A stretch of 64,000 bases of DNA, taken from NCBI GenBank assembly GCA_963666205.1, contig OY762654.1, positions 1,664,001-1,728,000 of the forward strand, written 5' to 3'. How positions within the stretch are numbered: the first letter of the stretch is position 1; every line of letters starts with the position of its first letter. The notes below the pieces were generated by a model. That model had not been told where the DNA came from. It ran no database searches and saw nothing but the letters and a program-made list of their open reading frames with translations. The DNA is from Synergistales bacterium. Its GTDB lineage: Bacteria > Synergistota > Synergistia > Synergistales > JAFGMB01. The position numbers and the translations under genes were made by a program. Shown piece by piece: positions 19,471-29,100 of this stretch.

Positions 19471-19768
19471 TTAATCTTTTTTGACGGAAGCAGGGTCGAT
19501 TATAAGAGCTACATTTCCATCCCCGAGGATAGTCCTTCCTGAGGTTGAACTTTTACTCTTCCTTGATCCGTCAGGTACTTCTTCCATTGTATTGGTGAGT
19601 GATGTCATGTTATTGAAACCCATGGTTTCCCCCATTCCCTTCAGGGTATGGACAACCCGGAAGATCTTGTTGATCACCCTCTTCGAAGGCCAGAAGATAT
19701 TTTTTCAGCCTCTACAGGTTGTCTTCAGTTGAATCGATAAAGGTTCCGATATAATCATTGAGATCCAT
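19471..19768 (-). pseudogene. cheA: cheA pseudogene: Hpt start fused to extreme C-terminus
   Basis: MDLNDYIGTFIDSTEDNL* (TAG 19712-19714), a frameshift, then IFRVVHTLKGM..MGF joined directly to SGRTILGDGNVALIID. Confidence 0.9.
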
Positions 19769-19849
19769 AATGGAATTCTCTACTTTTTACTGGTAGCTGG
19801 AAAAGCAATTCTTTCCCTGGAAATAAAGACAGATGAGTGCTTAATACCC

Positions 19850-20236
19850 TTAGATATTTTTCCTTTTCCGTCTTTCATCAATGAACATCTCGTTTGGCTT
19901 CGAGTTTTCACAGGAACCTCTCTGTTCCATCTTTCTAAGCTCCGAGGCGAACTGGTCTGCCAGGTCTCTTCTGTAAACAGTTTCTTCTGACAATTTTTCT
20001 ACCTCTTCAAAGAGGCCTTCCTCTGCTAGTATCCGGATATAGAGGAGATCCACATCAAGTCTTTCAGAGAGCTTCAGGCTGTCGAGCTTCTCACCGGGAG
20101 AGGCGTTACGGATCTCATTTCTGGCTCTGAAGTATATCTCGTTGAGTTCATCCTTGCATTCAGGGCAAACCCTGGGGCCTCTGACATGCATATAAATCTT
20201 TCCGCAAATCCTGCAATTTTTCAAAGAATCTTTCAT
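19850..20236 (-). CDS. Flagellar operon Zn-ribbon protein, YvyF-like
   Basis: LKNCRICGKIY...VCPEC; start placed at the ATG downstream of GGAGG. Confidence 0.75.
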   Translation of the reverse strand: MKDSLKNCRICGKIYMHVRGPRVCPECKDELNEIYFRARNEIRNASPGEKLDSLKLSERLDVDLLYIRILAEEGLFEEVEKLSEETVYRRDLADQFASELRKMEQRGSCENSKPNEMFIDERRKRKNI

Positions 20237-20348
20237 TTTGGCAAGTTTCCTCCCATCTGGAACGATCCACAATAACGAGTATAGAAGTAAAAGAGACAGC
20301 AAAAACAGCATAGGTTCTTAAAAAGGGGGTTACAGGCATGTTTCTTTA

Positions 20349-21062
20349 TCAGGAAAGAATGACCAGGTCCACTCTCCTGTTCATCTGCCGGTGATAATCT
20401 GTGTCGTTGGGCATGATAGGTCTGGATTCCCCATATCCTATAGATAGCAATCTCCTGGGAGAAAGGCCAACAGATCCTGAGAGAAAGGACACTATTCTTG
20501 AGGCTCTGAGAGCTGAGAGGTCCCAGTTGTCCCTTATGATCCCTTTTCCGTTGACGGGTATGCTGTCTGAGTGTCCTTCTGCTGAAATATCGTTGGGTAT
20601 CTCCCTGAAGATCTCTCCAAGGATAGATAGGACCCTTTTCCCTTCGGGCAGAAGCTCATATTGCCCTTTCTGAAAAAGGAGCCCCTCCGAAATTGAAATC
20701 ACCACTCCACGCTGATTTATTGAGACATTGATCTCTTCTTCCAGCCCATATTCCTTTATGATGGATTCTATCTTCCTGGCCACTTTCATGGTGTCCATGG
20801 TCTGTTTCCTTGAACTGCCCGCATCCTTCATGGTCTGGCCCGAAAATACGTTCTGGTCCTCTTCGAAAGTCTTACCTCCTTCGATAATTCCGATGGCTCC
20901 CCGGAATGAGGAAAGCATTTTCTGAAACTTCATGACATCTATGGTGGAGAATGAATAGAGGAGGATGAAAAAGGTGAGGATAAGGGTGACCATGTCGCCA
21001 TAGGTTGTCATCCAGTTTCCTCCAGACTTGGATTCTTCATTTTTCCTCTTTTTTCTTGCCAA
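20349..21062 (-). CDS. motB: Flagellar stator MotB/MotS with OmpA-like domain
   Basis: WMTTYGDMVTLILTFFILLYS, EGHSD, NWDLSALRA, NRRVD. Confidence 0.95.
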   Translation of the reverse strand: MARKKRKNEESKSGGNWMTTYGDMVTLILTFFILLYSFSTIDVMKFQKMLSSFRGAIGIIEGGKTFEEDQNVFSGQTMKDAGSSRKQTMDTMKVARKIESIIKEYGLEEEINVSINQRGVVISISEGLLFQKGQYELLPEGKRVLSILGEIFREIPNDISAEGHSDSIPVNGKGIIRDNWDLSALRASRIVSFLSGSVGLSPRRLLSIGYGESRPIMPNDTDYHRQMNRRVDLVILS

Positions 21063-21083
21063 TTTTCATCTTCCTTTCGCGGC

Positions 21084-23198
21084 CTATTCTACAATCCCTA
21101 CGGTCTTTATCCTGGTATCGCCGGGAAGTTCACTGTACCCCATGACCGCCACGTTGGGAAAGGACCTTTCTATGATCTTCCTCACAAAAAGCCTGACCTC
21201 AGGATGGACTATGAGTACCTGGGGTAGACCTTCCCGAAGAAGATTTTCAGTGGCAGAACCCACGGCATAGATGAAGCTCTGAATATCCTTCGGGTCCATC
21301 TTCATGCGCCACCCCTCCACCAGGTTGCCCTGGACGGATTCTTTGATCATCTTTTCTCTTTCAGGTGAGAGGGTCACTGCCGTAAGTTCTCCCGAAGTTT
21401 CATTGATATAAAGGGAGAGTATAATTTTTCCCAGGGTTTCCCTGGCCTTCTCAGAGAGAAAATCGGGATTCTGTACTGACTTGCCGTAATCTGCAAGGGT
21501 TTCGAAAATGCCAGCCAGGTCCCGGATGGGTACCTTTTCTCTCACAAGGTTCTGAAGCACTTTCTGAATATCGCCCAGGCTGAGGTATCTGAGCATTTCT
21601 TCCACCACTGCAGGAGCGCTGTCCTTGACCATATCAACCATGTTCTGAACGGTCTGCCGGGTCAGGAGATCCGCAGCATTGGTCCGGACCACCTCTGAGA
21701 GATGGGTTGCCAGAACGGAAGGAGCATCCACAACGGTGTAACCAAGCTCCTCAGCCTTGGACCTCAGTTCAGGAATTATCCACAGGGCATCCAGATTGAA
21801 AGTAGGTTCCTTCGTGGGTATACCCACAAGTTCACCCTTCGTGTCTCCCGTATCGATGGCAAGGAAGTGATCGGGCATGAGCTCAGCAGCCTTTTCGGGA
21901 ACCCCCCTGACCTTTATCGTATAGGATGTCGGTTTTAGCTGTAGATTATCCTTGATCCGTACCGGAGGAGTGACCACACCCATTTCAAGTGCCAGCTGGC
22001 GCCTGAGGGTCTGAATCCTGTCAAGCAGATCTCCTCCTCTTGAAGGTTCGATCATTGGAATAAGGGCGTATCCGACTTCCAGTTCCAGCGGGTCCACGGC
22101 GAGGAGCTTCATTACATTGTCAAAACTGCCGCTGTCAGTTTTAGACTGGGGCGCAGGATTTGCCTGTTCCTTCCGGCTCTTTGAGGCCTGCAGATCTTGT
22201 TCCTCCTCTTCCTCTTTCTTGATCTTGAAAACCCAGTAACCCAGTACGCACAGAAATGAAGCCATAAGAATGAAAGGGATCCTGGGAAAACCGGGTACCA
22301 CTGCAAGTGCAAAAAGAAGAACGGATCCCACCCATAGGGGCCTGTAATGGTTTATAAGCGATTTTGTTATGTCCCGGCCGAGGTTGTTTTCTCCTGCTGA
22401 GCGGGTGACCAGAATACCTGTAGCCGTTGAAATTATAAGGGCCGGTATCTGCGCAACCAGACCATCTCCAACGGTGAGAAGGCTGAATTTCTGAGTAGCT
22501 TGTGAAAGAGTGAGGCCCTGCTGGAATATCCCTATGCAGATTCCTCCGATGATATTTATGGTTGTTATTATGAGGCCTGCAACTGCATCACCCTTGACGA
22601 ACTTTGAGGCGCCATCCATGGCTCCGAAGAAATCGGCCTCCCTCTGGACTGTTTTCCGTCTCTCCCTGGCTGTATGTTCGTCTATAAGGCCGTTACCGAG
22701 ATCTGCATCGATAGCCATCTGTTTGCCCGGCATTCCGTCAAGCTGAAAGCGAGCCTGTACTTCCGCAACCCTTTCTGCACCCTTGGTAATTACCAGGAAC
22801 TGGATAAGGACCAGGATGAGAAAAACTATACCTCCTACCAGATAGTTTCCACCCACTACAAAGTTTCCGAAGGCGGTGATGAGTCTTCCCGCAAAGCCAT
22901 GAAGAAGGATAAGACGAGTGGTTGATACGTTCAGGGAAAGCCTGAAAAGGGTAGCTACCAGAAGTATGGAGGGAAAAGCGGCAATCTCAAGGGCATTATG
23001 GACATAGAAAGTGGTGAGAAGTATGATAACTGCAAATGTGATATTCAGAGCCAGAAATACGTCCAGAATGATAGTGGGAAGGGGAATAACCATCATAGCC
23101 ACAATAAGGATCACCATTAAGGTGATCCCCATGTCGGAGTATTTCAGCATTCTTTCGATGGGATTATGTTTTCCTGCCTTAGCTTTTGCCATTGCCAT
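21084..23198 (-). CDS. flhA: Flagellar export gate FlhA
   Basis: FRLSLNVSTTRLIL, MPGKQMAIDADL, FFGAMDGASKFVKGDA. Confidence 0.97.
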   Translation of the reverse strand: MAMAKAKAGKHNPIERMLKYSDMGITLMVILIVAMMVIPLPTIILDVFLALNITFAVIILLTTFYVHNALEIAAFPSILLVATLFRLSLNVSTTRLILLHGFAGRLITAFGNFVVGGNYLVGGIVFLILVLIQFLVITKGAERVAEVQARFQLDGMPGKQMAIDADLGNGLIDEHTARERRKTVQREADFFGAMDGASKFVKGDAVAGLIITTINIIGGICIGIFQQGLTLSQATQKFSLLTVGDGLVAQIPALIISTATGILVTRSAGENNLGRDITKSLINHYRPLWVGSVLLFALAVVPGFPRIPFILMASFLCVLGYWVFKIKKEEEEEQDLQASKSRKEQANPAPQSKTDSGSFDNVMKLLAVDPLELEVGYALIPMIEPSRGGDLLDRIQTLRRQLALEMGVVTPPVRIKDNLQLKPTSYTIKVRGVPEKAAELMPDHFLAIDTGDTKGELVGIPTKEPTFNLDALWIIPELRSKAEELGYTVVDAPSVLATHLSEVVRTNAADLLTRQTVQNMVDMVKDSAPAVVEEMLRYLSLGDIQKVLQNLVREKVPIRDLAGIFETLADYGKSVQNPDFLSEKARETLGKIILSLYINETSGELTAVTLSPEREKMIKESVQGNLVEGWRMKMDPKDIQSFIYAVGSATENLLREGLPQVLIVHPEVRLFVRKIIERSFPNVAVMGYSELPGDTRIKTVGIVE

Positions 23199-23218
23199 AT
23201 TTGTGGTTCAACTCCCCG

Positions 23219-24799
23219 CTACTCTTTAAGTGAAACGATCTTTACTCTACCATTCTGGTAGACAAATTGGACTTCTTCCAGGGTTTCCCTCAACAGAAGA
23301 GTGTCCTGCCGTATGGAAACGGCAACGCCTGGGTAACATATACCCCGGACTTTAACGGTACCCTGGAGCTTTGCACGGTCGATTGTCTGATCTATTTCCT
23401 GCTGAAGGGCCTCTATCCTGGCCAGTTGTTCCTGAAGTACTGGACGGAGCTCAAGGAATCTGGTGGCCAGTGTTTTCTGGTTGTCGTTGAGGCCCCTTTC
23501 TTTCAAAGTTTTTGACAGATAGAAAATGTTCTTTTCCAGAGTTTTGACTTTGGCCATAAGATCAAGTTTTTTGTTCAGGAGATCCTTCTTCTGAGCGATA
23601 AGTTTTGGTGAGATTCCTACGAGAAGTGAGGTTTTTGTTCCTATCCTGGAACCAAGGGAGGTACATTCTATTTCCAGGCCGGCTCTCAATATACCTCCTG
23701 CAATGAGACCCTTTCCTCCCTCAACTAAACGGATTGCTCCTTCCGCTTCCACTTCGCAATGCATCAGGGCTTTTTTAAAGAAAAGGTTTCGCCCTGTTTT
23801 TATTCTGCACTGGTCCATATATTCTGCATTAAGGTCGTTACCGCACTCGATGAAACCACTTCCCATTCCCCTGACGCTGGACCTAAGGGTCATGTCCTTG
23901 CCTGCGGAGAGATAAGCGCCCTCAACTACTCCCATGATCTCAATGTTTTCGTGAGCTTTCAGGGAAAAATGGTCCCTGACCGAGCCAGAAACGATTATGC
24001 TTCCGAAGCACTCAAGGTTACCTGTCCCGTAGTCAATGTCACCACGGACCTGGAAGACTGTTTCCACGGAGAATCTGTTGCCATCCCTTAAAAGATGGCC
24101 TCCAGCTGTGGCTGTAAGCTCCAGCCCGTCCTCAGAAAGGCTGGTGTTGGGGCCAGCCTTTATAGTGATATCCTTTGCCTTGCGCGACTTGACGGATTTT
24201 CCCGTAACATCCATTCCATCAAGGCCCTCTTGAAGGGGGGTCTTCACAGCTATGAGCTGTTTTTCCCGAATACTATTTATGATCCCCAGGTTCTTCAGAT
24301 CTACCTGGACAGCATCGTCGGAGTTAAGGGGGGTATTTCTACCCGTATCCACAAGGACATTTAAAGAGGCATCGATCCCGTCTCTGGAGGGCTTCCCCCT
24401 GGCTATCTCAATCCATTTCCAGGAGAGAGCGGCTCCTTTTTCCGGGATTTTGTTCAGGAGTTCTTCATCCAGACCTTCAATAACCCCATTTTCTTCAAGA
24501 GCCTTCCTGATCTCGTCCATTCCGGGCATGCCGTCCGATTCTGAAAAATCCAGAAAGATCTCAGCTTTCATATGGTCCGGGGAAATACGGACCTGTATTT
24601 TTTTATCCCCTTTTCCGGTTATCAAGGTCCATTGTCCAGATGCTCCTGCAATTGCTCCTTTCACCTTTTCAAATGAAACGGCTATTCCCTTGTCTGCCAG
24701 GGATTCAAGGATAATGTGCGGGTTTGTATCTGCATCTAATACCCTTAAAAAAATCTCTCCAGATTCTTTTTTCAATTCGTAGGGTTTTTCGTGATCCAT
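23219..24799 (-). CDS. FapA (DUF342) family protein
   Basis: GDIDYGTGNL..GSIIVSGSV, VEGAYLSAG, C-terminal coiled coil, ICYPGVAVSI. Confidence 0.88.
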   Translation of the reverse strand: MDHEKPYELKKESGEIFLRVLDADTNPHIILESLADKGIAVSFEKVKGAIAGASGQWTLITGKGDKKIQVRISPDHMKAEIFLDFSESDGMPGMDEIRKALEENGVIEGLDEELLNKIPEKGAALSWKWIEIARGKPSRDGIDASLNVLVDTGRNTPLNSDDAVQVDLKNLGIINSIREKQLIAVKTPLQEGLDGMDVTGKSVKSRKAKDITIKAGPNTSLSEDGLELTATAGGHLLRDGNRFSVETVFQVRGDIDYGTGNLECFGSIIVSGSVRDHFSLKAHENIEIMGVVEGAYLSAGKDMTLRSSVRGMGSGFIECGNDLNAEYMDQCRIKTGRNLFFKKALMHCEVEAEGAIRLVEGGKGLIAGGILRAGLEIECTSLGSRIGTKTSLLVGISPKLIAQKKDLLNKKLDLMAKVKTLEKNIFYLSKTLKERGLNDNQKTLATRFLELRPVLQEQLARIEALQQEIDQTIDRAKLQGTVKVRGICYPGVAVSIRQDTLLLRETLEEVQFVYQNGRVKIVSLKE

Positions 24800-24830
24800 T
24801 ATTATGGGCCTCTCTCTCAGGGGTAATTCT

Positions 24831-25418
24831 CTATTTTTCTCTTGCTCTGCCGATCATGGCAAGAACACATTTCACATAATGGTTCACCATGGGATGGGGT
24901 GGAACGCCACCGTAATGATCGACCCGGGAAGGCCCTGAATGATAGGCCGCAAGGGAAAGATCTTCCCTGCCTTTATAACGTTCAAGAAGTGTTTTCAGGT
25001 ACCGGATGCCGCCGTCCAGATTCTGCTCCGGATCATAAGGGTCCTGAACGCCCAACATTTCAGCTGTGGAGGGCATTAACTGCATCAGCCCCATGGCTCC
25101 AGCCCTTGAAGTAGCCCGGGGATTGCCTCCTGATTCCATCTCCACCACAGATCTGACCAGGTTCTCATCCACTCCGTATCTGAGGGCCTTTTCCCTGATC
25201 AGAGAGTCCACGTCAGGTGACTCGCCCCTCGTTTCAAGATTCTTATGGGAAAGTCCAGGGGAAACATTTCCCCCCTTCCTGTCTTTTTCAGGGAGGGGGA
25301 TATCTTTCTTTTCATTAATTTTTTCCAGGACATGGATGAATTTGCGTTCGGGTTCCGATTCCCCAAGTCTGCAGAATCGGTTCCGTATCTCCTCCATTCT
25401 GGACTGGACATTTCTCAT
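24831..25418 (-). CDS. Lytic transglycosylase (SLT domain)
   Basis: MESGGNPRATSRAGAMGLMQLMP, LAAYHSGP. Confidence 0.92.
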   Translation of the reverse strand: MRNVQSRMEEIRNRFCRLGESEPERKFIHVLEKINEKKDIPLPEKDRKGGNVSPGLSHKNLETRGESPDVDSLIREKALRYGVDENLVRSVVEMESGGNPRATSRAGAMGLMQLMPSTAEMLGVQDPYDPEQNLDGGIRYLKTLLERYKGREDLSLAAYHSGPSRVDHYGGVPPHPMVNHYVKCVLAMIGRAREK

Positions 25419-25467
25419 ATTGGAATAACAGGGTCCTGCAAAATTTTTCAGGGTTCGTCACTCCTGT

Positions 25468-25914
25468 CTATTTTCCGAAGGACATGAGAATCAGTTCGTC
25501 GAGTTCCTTCTGTTCATCCTTCAGAAGCTGTTTCCGGATTTCCCTGTTACTGTTCTCAAGAAATACTTCTGTCAATTTCACATCGCTATGTTTTTTCCTA
25601 AGGTCTTCCCTTATGGATTCAGCATCCTCGCTGACCTCCACTATGAGGCCATCAACCTCCCTGATGTTATCTTCCAGGGAATCTATGTCATCTCTTATCC
25701 ACCAGAGCTCTTCCGTTGTGATATTCCCATTTCCGCATCTGTTACGGAACAATCCCATGGCACCTTCCCACCTGCATTCCAAGTCAAGGGATTTTTCCTG
25801 GAGTGATCTCTTTTTCTCTTCCACTTCTTCCAGACGGATCCTTACTTCATCCCGGATCTTTTCTCTCAAATCTTTAAGGCGTTGTAGTTTTTTTAGCTTT
25901 TTATGAGCTATCAT
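25468..25914 (-). CDS. fliJ: Flagellar export chaperone FliJ
   Basis: Coiled-coil 148 aa after fliI, ending EQKELDE. Confidence 0.8.
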   Translation of the reverse strand: MIAHKKLKKLQRLKDLREKIRDEVRIRLEEVEEKKRSLQEKSLDLECRWEGAMGLFRNRCGNGNITTEELWWIRDDIDSLEDNIREVDGLIVEVSEDAESIREDLRKKHSDVKLTEVFLENSNREIRKQLLKDEQKELDELILMSFGK

Positions 25915-27278
25915 TTTGAGCTATCCTCCCAAAGTGGTAAAGCCAGCATAGCTTTTTTCGTTTCATCGAAAGTCGAACATTCGTCTATAGGCTGCTTTAG
26001 GAATGACTCGATCTCATCCCTCGAATGTACCGCAAAATCAAGTTTCGGATTACTTCCAGGCTTGTAAGCTCCCAGGTTGATAAGCTCTTCCGCTTCCTTG
26101 TATATTGAAAGGAGTTCCTTGAGGCTTCCCGCTGTTCCTGACTGCTCAGAGGATACAATGTCTATCATGATCCTGCTGATGCTCTGCATTACGTCAATGG
26201 CAGGGTAGTGGTTCCGCATGGCAAGTTCTCTTGTGAGGACGACGTGTCCGTCAAGGATCCCCCTGACAGCATCGGAAATGGGTTCATTCAGATCATCACC
26301 CTCTACCAGAACCGTGTATATACCAGTAATGCTTCCCTTTTCTCCTCTACCTGCCCTTTCGAGCAGTTTTGGGAGGAAGGCGAAAACTGAGGGAGTATAA
26401 CCCCTGGTTGCCGGGGGTTCTCCTATGGCCAGACCAACATCCCGTTGGGCCATGGCGACTCTGGTGACCGAATCCATCATGAGCAGTACGTTCTTCCCGA
26501 TATCTCTGAAGTACTCCGCTATTGCAGTGGCTGTCATTGCTGCTTTGAGCCGTACAAGGGGAGGCTGGTCGGATGTGGCTACTATTACCACTGAGCGTTT
26601 CATTCCATCTTCTCTAAGGTCTTTTCGGAGGAATTCCTGAACCTCCCTGCCTCTTTCACCCACCAGTGCAATGACATTTATATCTGTTTCCGCGTTTCTG
26701 GCCATCATTCCCAAAAGGGTGCTTTTCCCTACTCCCGAGCCGGAAAAAATTCCTATCCTCTGGCCCTGGCCAAGGGTGAGGATACCGTCTATGGCCCTTA
26801 TGCCAACGGGAAGAATGGTATCCACGGGTTTCCTCTTCAGAGGATGAGGCGGATCAGCCTGAAGAGGATAATATTCCTGACCCTTTATGGGGCCCTTATC
26901 GTCAAGAGGATCTCCGAGCCCGTTTAATACCCTTCCAAGAAGGCCCTGTCCTACCTTGACACCCAGAGCCTTACCAGTGGAAAAAACATCACTTCCCGGA
27001 CCTATCTTCTGTAGGTCTCCCAAGGGCATGAGGAGGACTTTTTCTCCACGAAAACCCACTACCTCGCAAGGAAGGGGTGCTTTGTTCCTGTTACGGAAAC
27101 GAACTTGGCACAGGTCGCCTATTTGTACGTCAGGGCCCCTGGATTCGATGACGATCCCAATCACTTCGACTACTTTGCCGTTAACCGGAACAAGCTCCAG
27201 AAGGCTGAGTCCATCCTCAAGAGCATCAAAGATCCGCCCCAGTCTGGAACAGTTCATCACATCAGATCTCCCTGACAA
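25911..27278 (-). CDS. fliI: Flagellar export ATPase FliI
   Basis: GSGVGKSTLLGM, GERGREV, MDSVTR, GEPPATRGY. Confidence 0.97.
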   Translation of the reverse strand: MSGRSDVMNCSRLGRIFDALEDGLSLLELVPVNGKVVEVIGIVIESRGPDVQIGDLCQVRFRNRNKAPLPCEVVGFRGEKVLLMPLGDLQKIGPGSDVFSTGKALGVKVGQGLLGRVLNGLGDPLDDKGPIKGQEYYPLQADPPHPLKRKPVDTILPVGIRAIDGILTLGQGQRIGIFSGSGVGKSTLLGMMARNAETDINVIALVGERGREVQEFLRKDLREDGMKRSVVIVATSDQPPLVRLKAAMTATAIAEYFRDIGKNVLLMMDSVTRVAMAQRDVGLAIGEPPATRGYTPSVFAFLPKLLERAGRGEKGSITGIYTVLVEGDDLNEPISDAVRGILDGHVVLTRELAMRNHYPAIDVMQSISRIMIDIVSSEQSGTAGSLKELLSIYKEAEELINLGAYKPGSNPKLDFAVHSRDEIESFLKQPIDECSTFDETKKAMLALPLWEDSSK

Positions 27279-28107
27279 GAAGGTCTATCTGTCCATTGAT
27301 AGCCTCAAGCTGTGAACTCCACCTTGCATCGTGGACTCCCAGATTAGTCTCAAGGATGCAGCTTCCCCTTTCGATGTTATCGTCACCAATGATCTCGAAA
27401 AGTTCCGCCACTCTTTTAATTTCGGCCATTTCATCGCTTCGGCTTAGGAAAAGGTCTTTATCGGATGGATTTATGAAGAGTTTTACCTTACCCCTGTCAC
27501 TTACCCTGGTCATGAGTTCCCTGAAAACCCGTAGGGCCACATCTTCATCAAGTTCCACTCTGGTGCGAAGAAGCCTCTTCAGCATTATCTGCCATAGCCG
27601 TACCATTTTAGGGGCATTTATTTCAATATCCTTTTCTATGGATTGTTCCAGACTCTTCAGAGCCCGGATGAGGAGTTCTTCCGTCTGGGAAAAACGGTCT
27701 GAATATTCGTGTCTTAGTTTCTCTTCAATTTCTTTTTCAGCAGTGGCAAGGCCTTTTCCATACCCTTCTTTGAATCCTCTTTCAGATTCCTTCCGGTGTA
27801 ACAGCAAACCTTCCTCCCGGATCTTATCCCTCAGGGAGTCTTCTTTTTCTTTGAGTTGGAGCTCTGCTCTTTTCCATTTGTCCTGGAGTTCTGAGATCTC
27901 GTGCTTCATCTGTTGTTCTCCGTCCAGAAGGGTTTCGATCCTCCTCTGGAGTTCCTGAACCTCCACCGCGGCAAGCAGGTAAGGATCTATCTGTCTGCCC
28001 CCTTCGAAAAGGCAGTTCCGTACGCCCGAGGGAAGGACCACTTTCTCCTTGGAAAGGGGAAGATCCCTGAGGACTATCCCCCTGACTTTATTAGATGACA
28101 ATATCAT
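27262..28107 (-). CDS. fliH: Flagellar assembly protein FliH (start approximate)
   Basis: GFKEGYGKG repeats, GSCILETNLG; lies between fliG and fliI. Confidence 0.88.
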   Translation of the reverse strand: MILSSNKVRGIVLRDLPLSKEKVVLPSGVRNCLFEGGRQIDPYLLAAVEVQELQRRIETLLDGEQQMKHEISELQDKWKRAELQLKEKEDSLRDKIREEGLLLHRKESERGFKEGYGKGLATAEKEIEEKLRHEYSDRFSQTEELLIRALKSLEQSIEKDIEINAPKMVRLWQIMLKRLLRTRVELDEDVALRVFRELMTRVSDRGKVKLFINPSDKDLFLSRSDEMAEIKRVAELFEIIGDDNIERGSCILETNLGVHDARWSSQLEAINGQIDLLVREI

Positions 28108-29098
28108 CACCGCTTCCTGCGAGGACGATCTCTCCAGCCTCTTCCAGGGCACGGATCTTGCTGACCACCTTCTGCTGGGCTTCTTCCACATCCCTGAGCC
28201 TTATGGGACCCATGTATTCCATTTCTTCCTTCAGCATCTCTCCAGCGCGCGCTGACATGTTCTTGTAGAATTTCTCACGAAGGTCATTGCCCACACCCTT
28301 GAGGGCCATGGCGAGTTCCTTGTTGTCCACATCGCGGAGGAGTTTCTGGAGGGAACGGTCATCCACCAGCATGATGTCCTCGAAGGTGAACAGTTTTTTG
28401 CGGATATCTTCTGAGAGTTCCGGATCTTTTTCATCCAGGATCTCCAGAATGAGTTTCTCCGTTTTTCTCCCTGCCTTGTTTATTATTGCGACCACAGAAT
28501 CTATTCCACCTACAATTGAAAAATCGGATCCTACAACGGCGCTGAATTTCTTTTCAAGGACCTTTTCTGTATCTCTAAGCACGTCCGGTGCCACTCTATC
28601 CATATTGGCTATCCGGAGGGCCACCTCTGCCTGGAGTTCTCCCGGGAGGCCCCCCAGAACGGGAGCAGCCTTGTCGGCAGAGAGGAATGACAGGATCAGT
28701 GCGATCATTTGAGGGTGCTCCCCCTGCAGAAAGGACAGAAGCTGTACGGGGTCTGAAGCCCTGAGAAAATCGAAGGGCTTGGACTGCAGGTTTGAGGTGA
28801 GTCTTCTCAGAAGTTCTTCTGCCTTACTTGAACCCATGGACTGTTCAAGGATTTCTCTGGCGTAACCAACTCCTCCCCTGCCCATGTACTCCTTTGCCAT
28901 TACAAGTTCCCGGGATTCGCGGAGTACTGTATCCCTTGTTGCATTATCTATTCCCCTTAGAGATGCTATCTCAAGGGTCAGGAGTTCTATGGTGGCCTCA
29001 TCCAGGTACTTGTAGATGTGGGCAGCCTTCTCCTGTCCCAGAAGGACCAGAAATATTGCAGCTTTTCTTCTTCCCTTTATGTCTTTAACGGGAGCCAT
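28091..29098 (-). CDS. fliG: Flagellar motor switch protein FliG
   Basis: KAAIFLVLLG, EHPQ, LFTFED, GPIRLRDVEEAQ. Confidence 0.96.
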   Translation of the reverse strand: MAPVKDIKGRRKAAIFLVLLGQEKAAHIYKYLDEATIELLTLEIASLRGIDNATRDTVLRESRELVMAKEYMGRGGVGYAREILEQSMGSSKAEELLRRLTSNLQSKPFDFLRASDPVQLLSFLQGEHPQMIALILSFLSADKAAPVLGGLPGELQAEVALRIANMDRVAPDVLRDTEKVLEKKFSAVVGSDFSIVGGIDSVVAIINKAGRKTEKLILEILDEKDPELSEDIRKKLFTFEDIMLVDDRSLQKLLRDVDNKELAMALKGVGNDLREKFYKNMSARAGEMLKEEMEYMGPIRLRDVEEAQQKVVSKIRALEEAGEIVLAGSGDDIVI

Positions 29099-29100
29099 GA

